DNA of 32,000 nucleotides from Microcystis aeruginosa NIES-2549 (lineage in GTDB: Bacteria; Cyanobacteriota; Cyanobacteriia; Cyanobacteriales; Microcystaceae), in NCBI RefSeq assembly GCF_000981785.2, contig NZ_CP011304.1:3510001-3542000 (forward strand). The letters run 5' to 3'. Below, piece by piece: positions 7,714-16,706 of the stretch (the stretch's first letter is position 1; the number at the start of each line of letters is the position of its first letter). A program made the position numbers and the translations under genes. Under the pieces are notes generated by a model. The model was not told where the DNA came from, made no database searches, and saw nothing but the letters and a program-made list of their open reading frames with translations.

Positions 7714-7856
7714 GATCCCCCCTGCCCTCCTAGGGTTGATTATAAGTAGGGTTGATTCATGAATCAACCCTACTTATCAAGGGGGGTGCCGATCCCCCCT
7801 TAGTCCCCCCTTGATAAGGGGGGTGTCTGACAACTTTTAACACCTACCTACTTAAC
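7714..7856. repeat. G/C-tract palindromic MITE-like element, copy 2, carrying a nested palindromic insert
   Basis: Same ends as 6821-6919. It has an extra ~47 nt (7731-7777) containing the perfect 28-bp palindrome GTAGGGTTGATTCATGAATCAACCCTAC (7746-7773), which also occurs at 19462-19489. Confidence 0.75.
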
Positions 7857-7964
7857 TAAAAATTAAATTGATTGGGAACGGGTTGTGCGATTGTGGCAGC
7901 CCGTTTTAGTCTTTGATCAGGATCGAGAGATCGATCGCACGATTAACTAAAGGGAGTAAATTAG

Positions 7965-8264
7965 ATGGTAGATAAAATCACCGCCAACGAGATATTGGAA
8001 CATTTACGAACCCTGAAACCCGAACTGGAGGAACGATACGCGATCGATCGAATCGGCATTTTCGGCTCGGTAGCCAGAGAGGAAACCCGACCGACGAGCG
8101 ATATAGATATAGTGGTATGTATGCCCCCCAATCTGCTTAAAAGAGTCAGACTAAAAGCCGAACTAGAGAACCTATTCGGTCGGGAAGTGGACGTGATCCG
8201 CTATCGGGATTCTCTGAATCCTTACCTCAAGGCACGGATCGATCGAGAGGCCATCTATGTGTGA
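7965..8264 (+). CDS. mntA: MNT-type nucleotidyltransferase antitoxin (type VII TA)
   Basis: GIFGSVAREETRPTSDIDIVV (GS-X9-DxD minimal nucleotidyltransferase motif). GGGAG lies 8 nt before the ATG. Overlaps the downstream HepT gene by 8 nt. Confidence 0.85.
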   Translation: MVDKITANEILEHLRTLKPELEERYAIDRIGIFGSVAREETRPTSDIDIVVCMPPNLLKRVRLKAELENLFGREVDVIRYRDSLNPYLKARIDREAIYV

Positions 8265-8628
8265 TCGATCGCTTCTATTCGAGTTATTACTAGAGCTTGA
8301 AGAGGCGATCCGCCGGATCGAGCGGCGATTTACCCGGATTCAAAAAGCCGATGATTTCATCGCCGATGATGATGGACTCGATCGATTGGATGGCATTAGT
8401 ATGATGTTGATCGCGATTAGTGAAAATATTAGAAGACTCGATCGGCTAATGGCAGAGAGTTTAGCGAATCGCTATCCGGAAATTCCTTGGTCGGAGATTA
8501 AGGGAATCAGAAATATTCTCGCCCACGATTATTTTGACATCGATCCAGAGGAAATTTATCGGATTTGTAGGGAGGATCTGGCGATTTTGAAGCGGGTACT
8601 CGGGAAAATACGTCACGACCTCTTGTAA
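8257..8628 (+). CDS. hepT: HepT (DUF86) HEPN-domain toxin
   Basis: RNILAHDY (Rx4HxY HEPN motif) near the C-terminus. Coupled to the MNT gene. Confidence 0.85.
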   Translation: MCDRSLLFELLLELEEAIRRIERRFTRIQKADDFIADDDGLDRLDGISMMLIAISENIRRLDRLMAESLANRYPEIPWSEIKGIRNILAHDYFDIDPEEIYRICREDLAILKRVLGKIRHDLL

Positions 8629-8717
8629 TTATCGAAATTTCCCAATCAAACTGCTCCGCTCGGTCTTCACCCCGACATTTTTGATCAGGTTAAAAATCGC
8701 TTGGAGGGCTTACGGTG

Positions 8718-8882
8718 ATGGACGAAAAAGAAACAGGACTAAATGAACGGGAACTAGAGGAAATTCTGGAAATGGCACGGGATGCGGCGGAAAAAGCCCG
8801 ATCAATGTGCGAGGTAATTACAGAAAATTCAAAAAAATGGCGAGAAAGAGCAGAAAGAATCAATCGAACGGGATCGAGATAG
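8718..8882 (+). CDS. Possible small helical protein (54 aa), below the ORF-track cutoff
   Basis: Hand translation gives MDEKETGLNERELEEILEMARDAAEKARSMCEVITENSKKWRERAERINRTGSR*. GGAGGG at 8703-8708 lies 9 nt before the ATG. The competing minus-strand ORF looks like an antisense artefact. Confidence 0.3.
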   Translation: MDEKETGLNERELEEILEMARDAAEKARSMCEVITENSKKWRERAERINRTGSR

Positions 8883-9104
8883 CGATCGAGTATTTCTTCG
8901 ATTATAGGAGCGATCGAACTTGTATCGGAAAAGCGATCTCGATCAGGGGGTAAAGCAGCGAGAGGAACCCTTGTCACATCGAAACATTTCCTTAAGATAT
9001 AAGACCGAAGGTCCAGTCTGGATACAGAATTGATATACCTAGAATCGCTACTCTGGCTCACCCTCTAGGCCCTTCCCTTCCAGACTGCTAGGCTATTAGA
9101 CAAG

Positions 9105-12100
9105 ATGAATAACAATCAAACTCCACGGAAACAAGGACTATACGATCCCCAATTTGAACATGATGCTTGTGGTGTCGGTTTTATCGTTCATAAAACGGGT
9201 AAAAAGTCCCACGATATTGTTGAACAGGCCTTAACAATTTTACTAAACCTCGATCACCGTGGCGCGTGCGGTGCGGAAAAAAATACGGGAGATGGGGCGG
9301 GTATTTTATGCCAAATCCCTGACCTATTTTTCCGGAAAGTGACCAGTAATCTAGGTTTTACCTTGCCGGCAGCGGGACAATACGGGGTAGGAATGCTCTA
9401 CACGGCCCCTGATGCCGAAATTCGCGGGAAAAGTCGCCAGGAATTCGAGAAAATCGCCGCCGAAGAGGGGTTAAAAGTTCTCGGTTGGCGTGATGTTCCC
9501 ACGGATAACTCTAGTTTGGGCAATTCGGCCAAATCTACCGAACCCTTTATCGAACAGGTTTTCATCGAACGCGATGCCAATTTAAGCGATGATCTGGCCT
9601 TTGAACGCAAATTATACGTTATTCGCAAGCGTTCCCACCTCAATCGTCAATCCTTTAATCGTTACTGGTATCCTTGCAGTATTTCTAGTCGTACGATTGT
9701 CTATAAAGGGCAATTAATGCCGGTACAGGTGGGTGACTATTTCCCCGATTTACACGACCCCGACTTTCAAAGTGCTTTAGGATTAGTCCATTCCCGTTTT
9801 AGTACCAATACCTTCCCCAGTTGGGAACGCGCCCACCCTTACCGTTATATTGCCCACAATGGCGAAATTAATACCCTGCGAGGTAATATTAACTGGATGC
9901 ACGCCCGTCAGTCGATGTTTGCCTCACCCTTATTCGGGGAAGACATCAAAAGAATCCAGCCGGTTATTAATATCGAGGGTAGTGACTCCTTAATTTTTGA
10001 TAATGCCCTAGAATTAATGGTTTTATCGGGGCGTTCTCTCCCTCACGCTGTCATGATGATGATTCCTGAACCCTGGGCAGCCCACGAATCGATGAGTGAT
10101 GAGAAAAAAGCCTTTTATGAATACCATTCCTGTTTGATGGAACCCTGGGATGGTCCGGCCTCGATCGCTTTTACCGATGGTACGATGATGGGAGCAGTGT
10201 TAGACCGCAATGGTTTACGTCCTTCCCGTTACTACGTCACCAAAGATGACCTAGTAATTATGGCATCGGAAGCGGGAGTTTTACCCATTGAACCAGAACG
10301 CGTCGCTTTTAAAGGTCGTCTGCAACCCGGCCGGATGTTCCTTGTGGATATGAAAGAAGGTCGTATCGTGGCCGATGAGGAGATAAAAGAAGCTATTGCC
10401 AAAGATCATCCCTATCGCCAGTGGTTAAACGAAAATTTAGTCAATTTAGACGATTTACCAGCCGTTGAAACTGCGCCACCAGAAACTGCTGTTTCCCTAA
10501 TTCAACAGCAAACCGCTTTCGGTTACACTTTTGAAGAATTACGTCTTTTATTAGCCCCCATGGGCCGGGATGGAGTGGAAGCAGTGGGTTCCATGGGTTC
10601 CGATACACCCCTAGCCGTCTTGTCCGATCGCCCAAAACTGCTTTATGATTACTTTCAGCAGTTATTCGCCCAAGTCACTAACCCCCCGATTGACTCGATT
10701 CGCGAAGAAATTATCACCTCTCCCATCACCACTATCGGCGCGGAGAGAAATCTCTTGGATCCGCAGCCCGAAAGCTGTCACCTGATTAAACTTAACTCTC
10801 CCATCCTCACTAACGCCCAATTAGCGCGTTTACAGGGCAATAGCGAATTTAAAACCGTGACTATTCCCATTCTCTTCGATCCCACTTCGGGAGTCGAGGG
10901 GATGCGTAGCACAATTGAGGCAATTTGTCAAGAGGTGGACGAGGCAATTTTAGCGGGCGCAAGCATTATTATTTTAAGCGATCGAGGTATCGATAAAAAT
11001 CACGCCCCGATTCCCTCACTGCTGGCGGTTGCCGGTTTACACCATCACCTCATCCGGCAGGGAACCCGCACCAGAGTCGGCCTTGTCCTGGAATCCGGCG
11101 AACCCCGGGAAGTGCATCACTACGCCCTTTTACTCGGTTATGGTTGCGGTGCGATTAATCCCTATCTAGCCTTTGCCACCCTCGGCAGTATGATCGAGGA
11201 AGGTTTATTGGTAGGAGTTGACCACCAGAGTGCCTGTAAAAACTACATAAAAGCCGCCACCAAGGGCGTAATTAAAGTGGCCTCTAAAATTGGCATTTCT
11301 ACCCTGCAAAGCTACCGTGGGGCGCAAATATTCGAGGCTATTGGCTTAAATCGATCGGTAGTTGATCGCTATTTTACTTGGACAGCTTCCCGCATTGAAG
11401 GGGCCGATTTAGAAATTATTGCCCGGGAATCCCTACTCAGACACGGCCACGCTTTCCCCGACCGGGACGTGAATGTGCATACCCTCGATATTGGCGGTGA
11501 ATATCAATGGCGTAAGGACGGGGAAGCCCATCTTTTTAGCCCAGAAACCATTCATACCCTGCAACAAGCGGTAAAATTGGGCAAATACGACCTCTTTAAG
11601 CAGTATTCCCAACTGGTCAACCAACAAAATCAAAAATTCTTCACCCTGCGGGGATTATTAACCTTTAAAAACCGGGAAAGTATCCCCATCGAAGAAGTGG
11701 AACCGATTGAAGCGATTATGAAACGCTTTAAAACCGGGGCCATGAGTTACGGGTCCATTTCCAAAGAGGCCCACGAATCCCTCGCTATTGCCATGAATCG
11801 TATCGGTGGCAAGTCTAACACCGGGGAAGGGGGCGAAGATTCCGAGCGCTACACTTGGACAAATGAACGGGGAGACTCGAAAAATAGTGCCATTAAACAG
11901 GTGGCTTCCGGCCGTTTTGGTGTCACCAGTCTTTACCTTTCCCAAGCGCGAGAATTGCAGATAAAGATGGCCCAGGGGGCAAAACCGGGCGAAGGCGGTC
12001 AATTACCGGGTAAAAAAGTCTATCCTTGGATTGCCAAAGTCCGTCACTCCACCCCCGGAGTTGGTTTAATTTCTCCCCCACCCCATCACGATATCTACTC

Positions 12101-13679
12101 GATTGAAGACCTCGCGGAGTTGATTCATGACCTAAAAAATGCCAATCGTGCGGCCAGAGTGAGCGTAAAACTGGTTTCTGAGGTGGGAGTTGGCACAATC
12201 GCCGCCGGAGTCGCTAAAGCTCACGCTGACGTGGTTTTAATCTCTGGTTTCGATGGTGGGACTGGTGCCTCACCCCAAACCTCGATTAAACACGCGGGTT
12301 TACCCTGGGAGTTGGGACTAGCAGAAACCCATCAAACATTGGTGTTAAATAATCTTCGCAGTCGCATTGCGGTGGAAACCGATGGCCAGATGAAAACCGG
12401 CCGCGATGTGGTGGTAGCAACCCTATTGGGGGCCGAAGAATTCGGTTTTTCGACCGCGCCACTGGTAACGTTAGGATGTATTATGATGCGGGTTTGTCAT
12501 CTTAATACCTGTCCGGCGGGGGTAGCGACTCAGGATCCGTTATTACGGAAGAATTTCATCGGGGATCCTGAATATACGGTGAATTTCATGAAATTTATCG
12601 CCCAGGAAGTGCGGGAAATTATGGCCGAATTGGGATTCCGCACCTTAAATGAAATGGTGGGGCGAACTGATGTATTAGAGCCGAAACAGGCTGTAGAACA
12701 TTGGAAAGCGAAAGGAATTGACCTAACTCCAATTCTCTATCAACCGGAGGTAGATGCAGAGGTAGGGCGTTATTGTCAGATTCCCCAGGACCACGGTTTA
12801 GATAAGTGCTTGGATATAACCGTTTTACTGGATTTATGCAAGGATGCCATTGAAAAAGGCGAAAAAGTCAAGGCGACACTACCGATTAAAAATATTAACC
12901 GCGTGGTGGGGACGATTTTAGGCAACGAAATCACTAAACGTCACTGGGAGGGTTTACCCGAAGATACCGTACATCTCCATTTTCAGGGCAGCGCGGGGCA
13001 AAGTTTCGGTGCTTTTGTTCCCAAAGGGGTGACACTGGAGTTAGAAGGGGATGCCAATGATTATGTGGGTAAGGGTTTAAGCGGTGGCAAAATCATCGTT
13101 TATCCGCCCAAAGGTTCCACTTTTGTGGCCGAGGAGAATATTATCATCGGTAATGTGGCTTTATACGGCGCGACCAGTGGTGAGGTGTATATTTCTGGGG
13201 TTGCTGGGGAACGTTTTGGGGTGCGTAACTCTGGGGTGACTACGGTGGTTGAGTCCGTTGGCGACCACGCTTGCGAGTATATGACGGGGGGTAAAGTCGT
13301 TGTTTTAGGGCCCACCGGTCGCAATTTCGCCGCCGGGATGAGTGGTGGTGTCGCCTACGTCCTCGATGAGTCGGGGGATTTCGCCACTCGTTGCAATACC
13401 CAAATGGTGGCTTTAGAGGCGCTAGAAGGGGAAGAAATCGACGATTTACGCGAGTTAATTCAACGCCATGCTGATTACACCCAAAGTCAAAAAGCGTCCC
13501 TAGTTTTAGCAAATTGGTCGGAAATGTTGCCCAAGTTTGTTAAGGTAATGCCCAAGGATTATAAGCGGATGTTGCAGTGTATTAAAGAGGCGTTAGATTC
13601 TGGTTTAACCGGCGATTCTGCCCTCGATGCGGCTTTTGAAGCCAACGCCCGCGATGTGGCAAGGATTGGCGGTAGTTAG
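9105..13679 (+). CDS. glsF: Ferredoxin-dependent glutamate synthase (Fd-GOGAT)
   Basis: 1524 aa. N-terminal ...HDACGVGFI amidotransferase Cys, the FMN/Fe-S central domain (GEGGE..., [15 protein letters not shown]) and a C-terminal GXGXG beta-helix domain. The single large subunit is typical of cyanobacteria. Confidence 0.97.
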   Translation: MNNNQTPRKQGLYDPQFEHDACGVGFIVHKTGKKSHDIVEQALTILLNLDHRGACGAEKNTGDGAGILCQIPDLFFRKVTSNLGFTLPAAGQYGVGMLYTAPDAEIRGKSRQEFEKIAAEEGLKVLGWRDVPTDNSSLGNSAKSTEPFIEQVFIERDANLSDDLAFERKLYVIRKRSHLNRQSFNRYWYPCSISSRTIVYKGQLMPVQVGDYFPDLHDPDFQSALGLVHSRFSTNTFPSWERAHPYRYIAHNGEINTLRGNINWMHARQSMFASPLFGEDIKRIQPVINIEGSDSLIFDNALELMVLSGRSLPHAVMMMIPEPWAAHESMSDEKKAFYEYHSCLMEPWDGPASIAFTDGTMMGAVLDRNGLRPSRYYVTKDDLVIMASEAGVLPIEPERVAFKGRLQPGRMFLVDMKEGRIVADEEIKEAIAKDHPYRQWLNENLVNLDDLPAVETAPPETAVSLIQQQTAFGYTFEELRLLLAPMGRDGVEAVGSMGSDTPLAVLSDRPKLLYDYFQQLFAQVTNPPIDSIREEIITSPITTIGAERNLLDPQPESCHLIKLNSPILTNAQLARLQGNSEFKTVTIPILFDPTSGVEGMRSTIEAICQEVDEAILAGASIIILSDRGIDKNHAPIPSLLAVAGLHHHLIRQGTRTRVGLVLESGEPREVHHYALLLGYGCGAINPYLAFATLGSMIEEGLLVGVDHQSACKNYIKAATKGVIKVASKIGISTLQSYRGAQIFEAIGLNRSVVDRYFTWTASRIEGADLEIIARESLLRHGHAFPDRDVNVHTLDIGGEYQWRKDGEAHLFSPETIHTLQQAVKLGKYDLFKQYSQLVNQQNQKFFTLRGLLTFKNRESIPIEEVEPIEAIMKRFKTGAMSYGSISKEAHESLAIAMNRIGGKSNTGEGGEDSERYTWTNERGDSKNSAIKQVASGRFGVTSLYLSQARELQIKMAQGAKPGEGGQLPGKKVYPWIAKVRHSTPGVGLISPPPHHDIYSIEDLAELIHDLKNANRAARVSVKLVSEVGVGTIAAGVAKAHADVVLISGFDGGTGASPQTSIKHAGLPWELGLAETHQTLVLNNLRSRIAVETDGQMKTGRDVVVATLLGAEEFGFSTAPLVTLGCIMMRVCHLNTCPAGVATQDPLLRKNFIGDPEYTVNFMKFIAQEVREIMAELGFRTLNEMVGRTDVLEPKQAVEHWKAKGIDLTPILYQPEVDAEVGRYCQIPQDHGLDKCLDITVLLDLCKDAIEKGEKVKATLPIKNINRVVGTILGNEITKRHWEGLPEDTVHLHFQGSAGQSFGAFVPKGVTLELEGDANDYVGKGLSGGKIIVYPPKGSTFVAEENIIIGNVALYGATSGEVYISGVAGERFGVRNSGVTTVVESVGDHACEYMTGGKVVVLGPTGRNFAAGMSGGVAYVLDESGDFATRCNTQMVALEALEGEEIDDLRELIQRHADYTQSQKASLVLANWSEMLPKFVKVMPKDYKRMLQCIKEALDSGLTGDSALDAAFEANARDVARIGGS

Positions 13680-13686
13680 AGGTTAA

Positions 13687-13716
13687 GGGGGGGCGTAAAT
13701 GCCCCCTAGTATTTTA
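13687..13716 (+). terminator. Probable intrinsic terminator of glsF
   Basis: Stem GGGGGC (13689-13694) / GCCCCC (13701-13706), loop GTAAAT, followed by TAGTATTTTAT. Located 8 nt after the stop codon. Confidence 0.55.
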
Positions 13717-13770
13717 TAGAAAAGTCTGGTATTTACACTATTTTTTCCTTTTAGTTATAGTATCTCATTC

Positions 13771-14124
13771 CTACCTACATTCAATGGTTGTGAAGCGATT
13801 AGCTCCTTCATTAGAGAAAAAATTAGCTTGTAACTGTCCATCAACATATCTCTCCTTCCATTTCCAATTTATAGTCCGATTATCCCATCCAAAATCATAG
13901 CTCTGCCATTGTTTCCAGTCTGAGTATCCTTTATAGCGACAAAATTGCCTAGCGATCTCGTTCTTAGCGGCTTGATTACAACCATTTTGAAATCGGTAAG
14001 ATTCAAGACAGGCATCAATATACTTATTCTCGATCCGTGGATTTAGAAAAGTTTCTGCATCGGCGCTACAAGGAATTGCCAAAAAGGAAAAAAGTAGTGC
14101 ATAAACCTTGGTGTGTCTTTTCAT
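13771..14124 (-). CDS. Small secreted Cys-containing hypothetical protein
   Basis: Signal peptide MKRHTKVYALLFSFLAIPCSADA. AT-rich gene next to MITE debris. No recognisable domain. Confidence 0.5.
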   Translation of the reverse strand: MKRHTKVYALLFSFLAIPCSADAETFLNPRIENKYIDACLESYRFQNGCNQAAKNEIARQFCRYKGYSDWKQWQSYDFGWDNRTINWKWKERYVDGQLQANFFSNEGANRFTTIECR

Positions 14125-14216
14125 GACTTTTGGCTGTTAGCTGAGAGAAAAAAATTAGTTAATTGGTAATATCGATTCTTACATAAAATCAAAAATCCGT
14201 CAATCACATACTTACA

Positions 14217-14240
14217 TATAGCGGTTTTCACAGAAGTGAG
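14217..14240. mobile_element. Solo/truncated left terminal repeat of the IS630-derived MITE family
   Basis: TATAGC (14217-14222) + 14 nt + TGAG (14237-14240). The core word is cut short (TGAGTCC instead of TGAGGTA). Confidence 0.4.
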
Positions 14241-14282
14241 TCCCGATTGAAACGCTGAAACGCCTATCTATCAAGGGATTTA

Positions 14283-14379
14283 CTATAGCGCTTTTCACGT
14301 TAGTGAGGTATCGACAAGTTTTGCAAACAAAGGGTTTAAGCTCCTTGCCCATACCTCATTTTAATGAAAACTGCTATAG
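14283..14379. mobile_element. 97-bp MITE with IS630-type terminal inverted repeats
   Basis: Left CTATAGC-N14-TGAGGTA (14283-14310), right TACCTCA-N14-GCTATAG (14352-14379). No coding capacity. Architecture matches the ends of the IS630 copy at 25134-26172. Confidence 0.7.
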
Positions 14380-14687
14380 ATTGTATAAATCAAAAAAATT
14401 AAGCATGAAAATTAACCCGATAAATTAGTGTCGGATTTTTGGTTCTTCCGAACTTACACTGTAGAAAATTCCTCAAGTTCCCTCTCTGCCCAGCAATGCT
14501 CTAAAGTTGATAAATATCAATTTAATAAAAACTCAAAACCTTATTATATAAGCTTTTCAAGCATGAGTTGTTGATAGTTTTACATGACAGGTTTGGTAGA
14601 GCCGGATTTTTTGATATGTTGGGAAAAACGATTACTGTTGTCACCATGGCCGAAAATTCCCTCCGTTTCCCCGACCCGCTAAGGACC

Positions 14688-14707
14688 CGTGTTAAACTGA
14701 TTAATTA
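14688..14707 (+). repeat. 20-nt conserved string CGTGTTAAACTGATTAATTA (copy 1) upstream of a TA cassette
   Basis: Identical 20-mer at 15489-15508. About 20 further upstream nucleotides are loosely similar. Confidence 0.6.
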
Positions 14708-14800
14708 TGCTGGTGTCTAGAAGCGACCTATGCCGAACTTAACCTTAAGCAACGAACAAGTTATCGACTTATTCAAACAACTTCCCGAAGCACAGCAAGG

Positions 14801-15040
14801 ATGAGCCTTAATAATATGAGCAAAATTTCGATCGAAGTCAGTCCCGAAGCGGCAGAAGTCTATCAATCCGCATCCCCAGAGGAACAAGAACGCGTCCGGG
14901 TTCTTGTCGATTTGCTAATTAGAAAGCCAGTTAACAGCGATATCGATTTCTTGAGAAAACTAATGGACGAAATTAGTGATGAGGCGGAAGCTAGAGGATT
15001 AACACCCGAAATCCTAGAATCTTTATTAAATGAGCCTTGA
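14801..15040 (+). CDS. Putative antitoxin partner of the downstream PIN toxin
   Basis: Small acidic ORF overlapping the PIN gene by 11 nt. Start is uncertain (ATG at 14801 or 14816). A 24-codon ORF (14730-14804) in another frame just upstream may indicate a frameshifted longer gene. Confidence 0.45.
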   Translation: MSLNNMSKISIEVSPEAAEVYQSASPEEQERVRVLVDLLIRKPVNSDIDFLRKLMDEISDEAEARGLTPEILESLLNEP

Positions 15041-15452
15041 ATACTATTTCGTTTTCGATACAAATGTTTTAGTAAGTGCGCTTCTCTCTAAAAACGGTAA
15101 AGCTCGTCAGGCATTAGACAAAGCCCAAAATATCGGCAAGCTTTTAATGTCCGAATCTACTTTGTTAGAATTGATCACTGTTTTCAATCGTCCCAAATTC
15201 GATAGATATGCCTCCTCAGCAAAAAGGCGGCTATTTATAACGGCGATAGAAAGAACCGCGGAAATTGTCGTGATTCGAGAGAAAATCAAGGTTTGCAGAG
15301 ATGAGAAAGATAATCAGTATTTAGAACTAGCGATCGATGGTCAAGCTACCTGTATTGTAAGCGGTGATTCTGATCTATTAGTTTTAAATCCATTTCGAGA
15401 AATCCCAATTTTAACGATTCAAGAATTTCTAGATCATGACTTTTCCCGTTAG
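15030..15452 (+). CDS. PIN-domain toxin (TIGR00305-like)
   Basis: YFVFDTNVLVSALL..., ...LELAIDGQATCIVSGDSDLL... show the acidic PIN residues in the expected order. 140 aa. Confidence 0.75.
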   Translation: MSLEYYFVFDTNVLVSALLSKNGKARQALDKAQNIGKLLMSESTLLELITVFNRPKFDRYASSAKRRLFITAIERTAEIVVIREKIKVCRDEKDNQYLELAIDGQATCIVSGDSDLLVLNPFREIPILTIQEFLDHDFSR

Positions 15453-15488
15453 CGATCAGTCCCCCCACCCACGAGCCGGCTAGAGACT

Positions 15489-15508
15489 CGTGTTAAACTG
15501 ATTAATTA
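15489..15508 (+). repeat. 20-nt conserved string CGTGTTAAACTGATTAATTA (copy 2)
   Basis: Identical to 14688-14707. Lies just downstream of the first PIN gene and upstream of the next cassette. Confidence 0.6.
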
Positions 15509-15530
15509 GGGTTTGCTGAAAAAGTTTGTT

Positions 15531-15624
15531 GGTGGGGGCAGGGTGTGGGGTGTGGGCTTCGGCCGTGAGCTCAGCGTTCGACTGAGCTCACGCCGAAGTC
15601 CGAACGGGTGTGGGGTGTGGGGTT
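15531..15624. repeat. Composite element: GGGTGTGGGGTGTGGG direct repeats flanking a 17-bp-stem hairpin
   Basis: GGGTGTGGGGTGTGGG at 15541-15556 and 15606-15621. Hairpin 15557-15598 (CTTCGGC-C-GTGAGCTCAG / loop CGTTCGA / CTGAGCTCAC-GCCGAAG). Confidence 0.7.
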
Positions 15625-15901
15625 TTACCCATTTTCAGGCGGTCAATTACCTATGTCACTACGCCATTGACAAAGCTCGAATCGTAGCCAAAGAACGAGG
15701 CTATAATTGGGATACTATGACGGAAGAAGAAAAAGAAGAGTTTATCGATAATATCGTTCACGAACCATCATAATATCCACCGAATTATACAGAGTATATT
15801 TTACCATAAATATTACCTTAAATCCCGAATTATAACAATTAATTAACTCTCAATTAGCGACAGGAAACTATAACAGCATTGAAGATTTATTAAAAGACGC
15901 T

Positions 15902-16177
15902 TTGTTAAATTTAGCGGACAAACAAAACCGTCAGACTTTAAGCCAAAAAGTTAAAGAACTCTTTGATAAAACTCAATCCTTAGCCGGCGTTCAGGATATT
16001 ACCGAAGAAGATATCGCCGCGGAAATTGAAGCCTATCGGAGAGAGGACTTAAAAGAAAAATGGACTAAATGGTTTCAAGAAGTTGAAGAAATGGCATTGA
16101 CTGGCTCTGAAATTAGCGAAAAGGACTATGAAAATATTTTGATGGATAAATATAAACAACAGGGATTGATCCTATGA
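15902..16177 (+). CDS. Putative antitoxin (possibly 5'-truncated) of the downstream PIN toxin
   Basis: The frame is open from 15836 with no ATG; the track uses TTG at 15902. Overlaps the PIN gene by 4 nt (ATGA). Acidic helical protein. Confidence 0.4.
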   Translation: MLNLADKQNRQTLSQKVKELFDKTQSLAGVQDITEEDIAAEIEAYRREDLKEKWTKWFQEVEEMALTGSEISEKDYENILMDKYKQQGLIL

Positions 16178-16590
16178 TACTGTGCGATACTGTTCCTTTA
16201 TTCTGTTCGGTAGATAAATCTCAACCACGACATCAAGCAGTTAAAATTTTTATCGAGAATGAGTCCTCTTATCTAATAACAACTTGGTCTTGTTTTACTG
16301 AATCCATGTATCTCTGCTTGAAACGTGGGGGATGGTCGATGCAAGCTCAACTCGGTAAATTGCTATTGAAGAAAATGGTACGGTTAGCCTCGATCGAAGA
16401 AAAAGATTATCCTCGATTACTGTCACTGATGGAAAAATATAAAGATCGCCCAATGGATTTAGCTGATGCGACTTTAGTAGTAACGGCTGAGAATTTAAAA
16501 ATCAAACTAATTTTAACCTTCGATTCTGATTTTTTCTTTTATCGAATTAACGATTCCCAAGCATTTGAGGTGATCGATCTATACAATTGA
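16174..16590 (+). CDS. PIN-domain toxin (VapC-like)
   Basis: MILCDT..., ...DLADATLVVTAE..., ...TFDSDF... acidic residues in PIN order. Coupled to the upstream small ORF. Confidence 0.7.
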   Translation: MILCDTVPLFCSVDKSQPRHQAVKIFIENESSYLITTWSCFTESMYLCLKRGGWSMQAQLGKLLLKKMVRLASIEEKDYPRLLSLMEKYKDRPMDLADATLVVTAENLKIKLILTFDSDFFFYRINDSQAFEVIDLYN

Positions 16591-16706
16591 TAGATTTAAA
16601 TCATGTTGATCATGGAATAATTCCGATTTAATCGTTTCTAACTAATAAGATTAAGATGCTTTGTTTAATCACTTAAATTAGCAGTTTCTAGCCATTTTTT
16701 ACCCAT

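Noticed and set aside
8690-9061. 123-aa minus-strand ORF in the glsF upstream region
   Set aside because: The translation is Ser/Arg-rich low complexity (SSSSRSFSPVSFSS...), which is typical of an antisense or non-coding frame. There is no ribosome-binding site, and it overlaps a more plausible plus-strand small ORF.
8883-9104. NtcA binding site (GTA-N8-TAC) or glutamine riboswitch upstream of glsF
   Set aside because: I scanned every GTA and TAC in the region by eye and found no GTA-N8-TAC pair. There is no convincing match to the glnA-motif consensus either.
9398-13512. Seven minus-strand ORFs (64-114 aa) inside glsF
   Set aside because: All are antisense to a confidently identified 1524-aa gene, with biased (Arg/Ser/Pro-rich) composition.
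14237-14256. CRISPR-repeat-like tail (GTCCCGATTGAAAC)
   Set aside because: It is a single occurrence with no periodic repeats or spacers anywhere in the window, and it sits inside MITE debris.
15513-15773. 86-aa ORF as a genuine gene
   Set aside because: Its first ~40 codons are the G-rich/hairpin repeat element. Only the C-terminal ~45 residues look like protein, so I treat it as a disrupted remnant, not an intact CDS.
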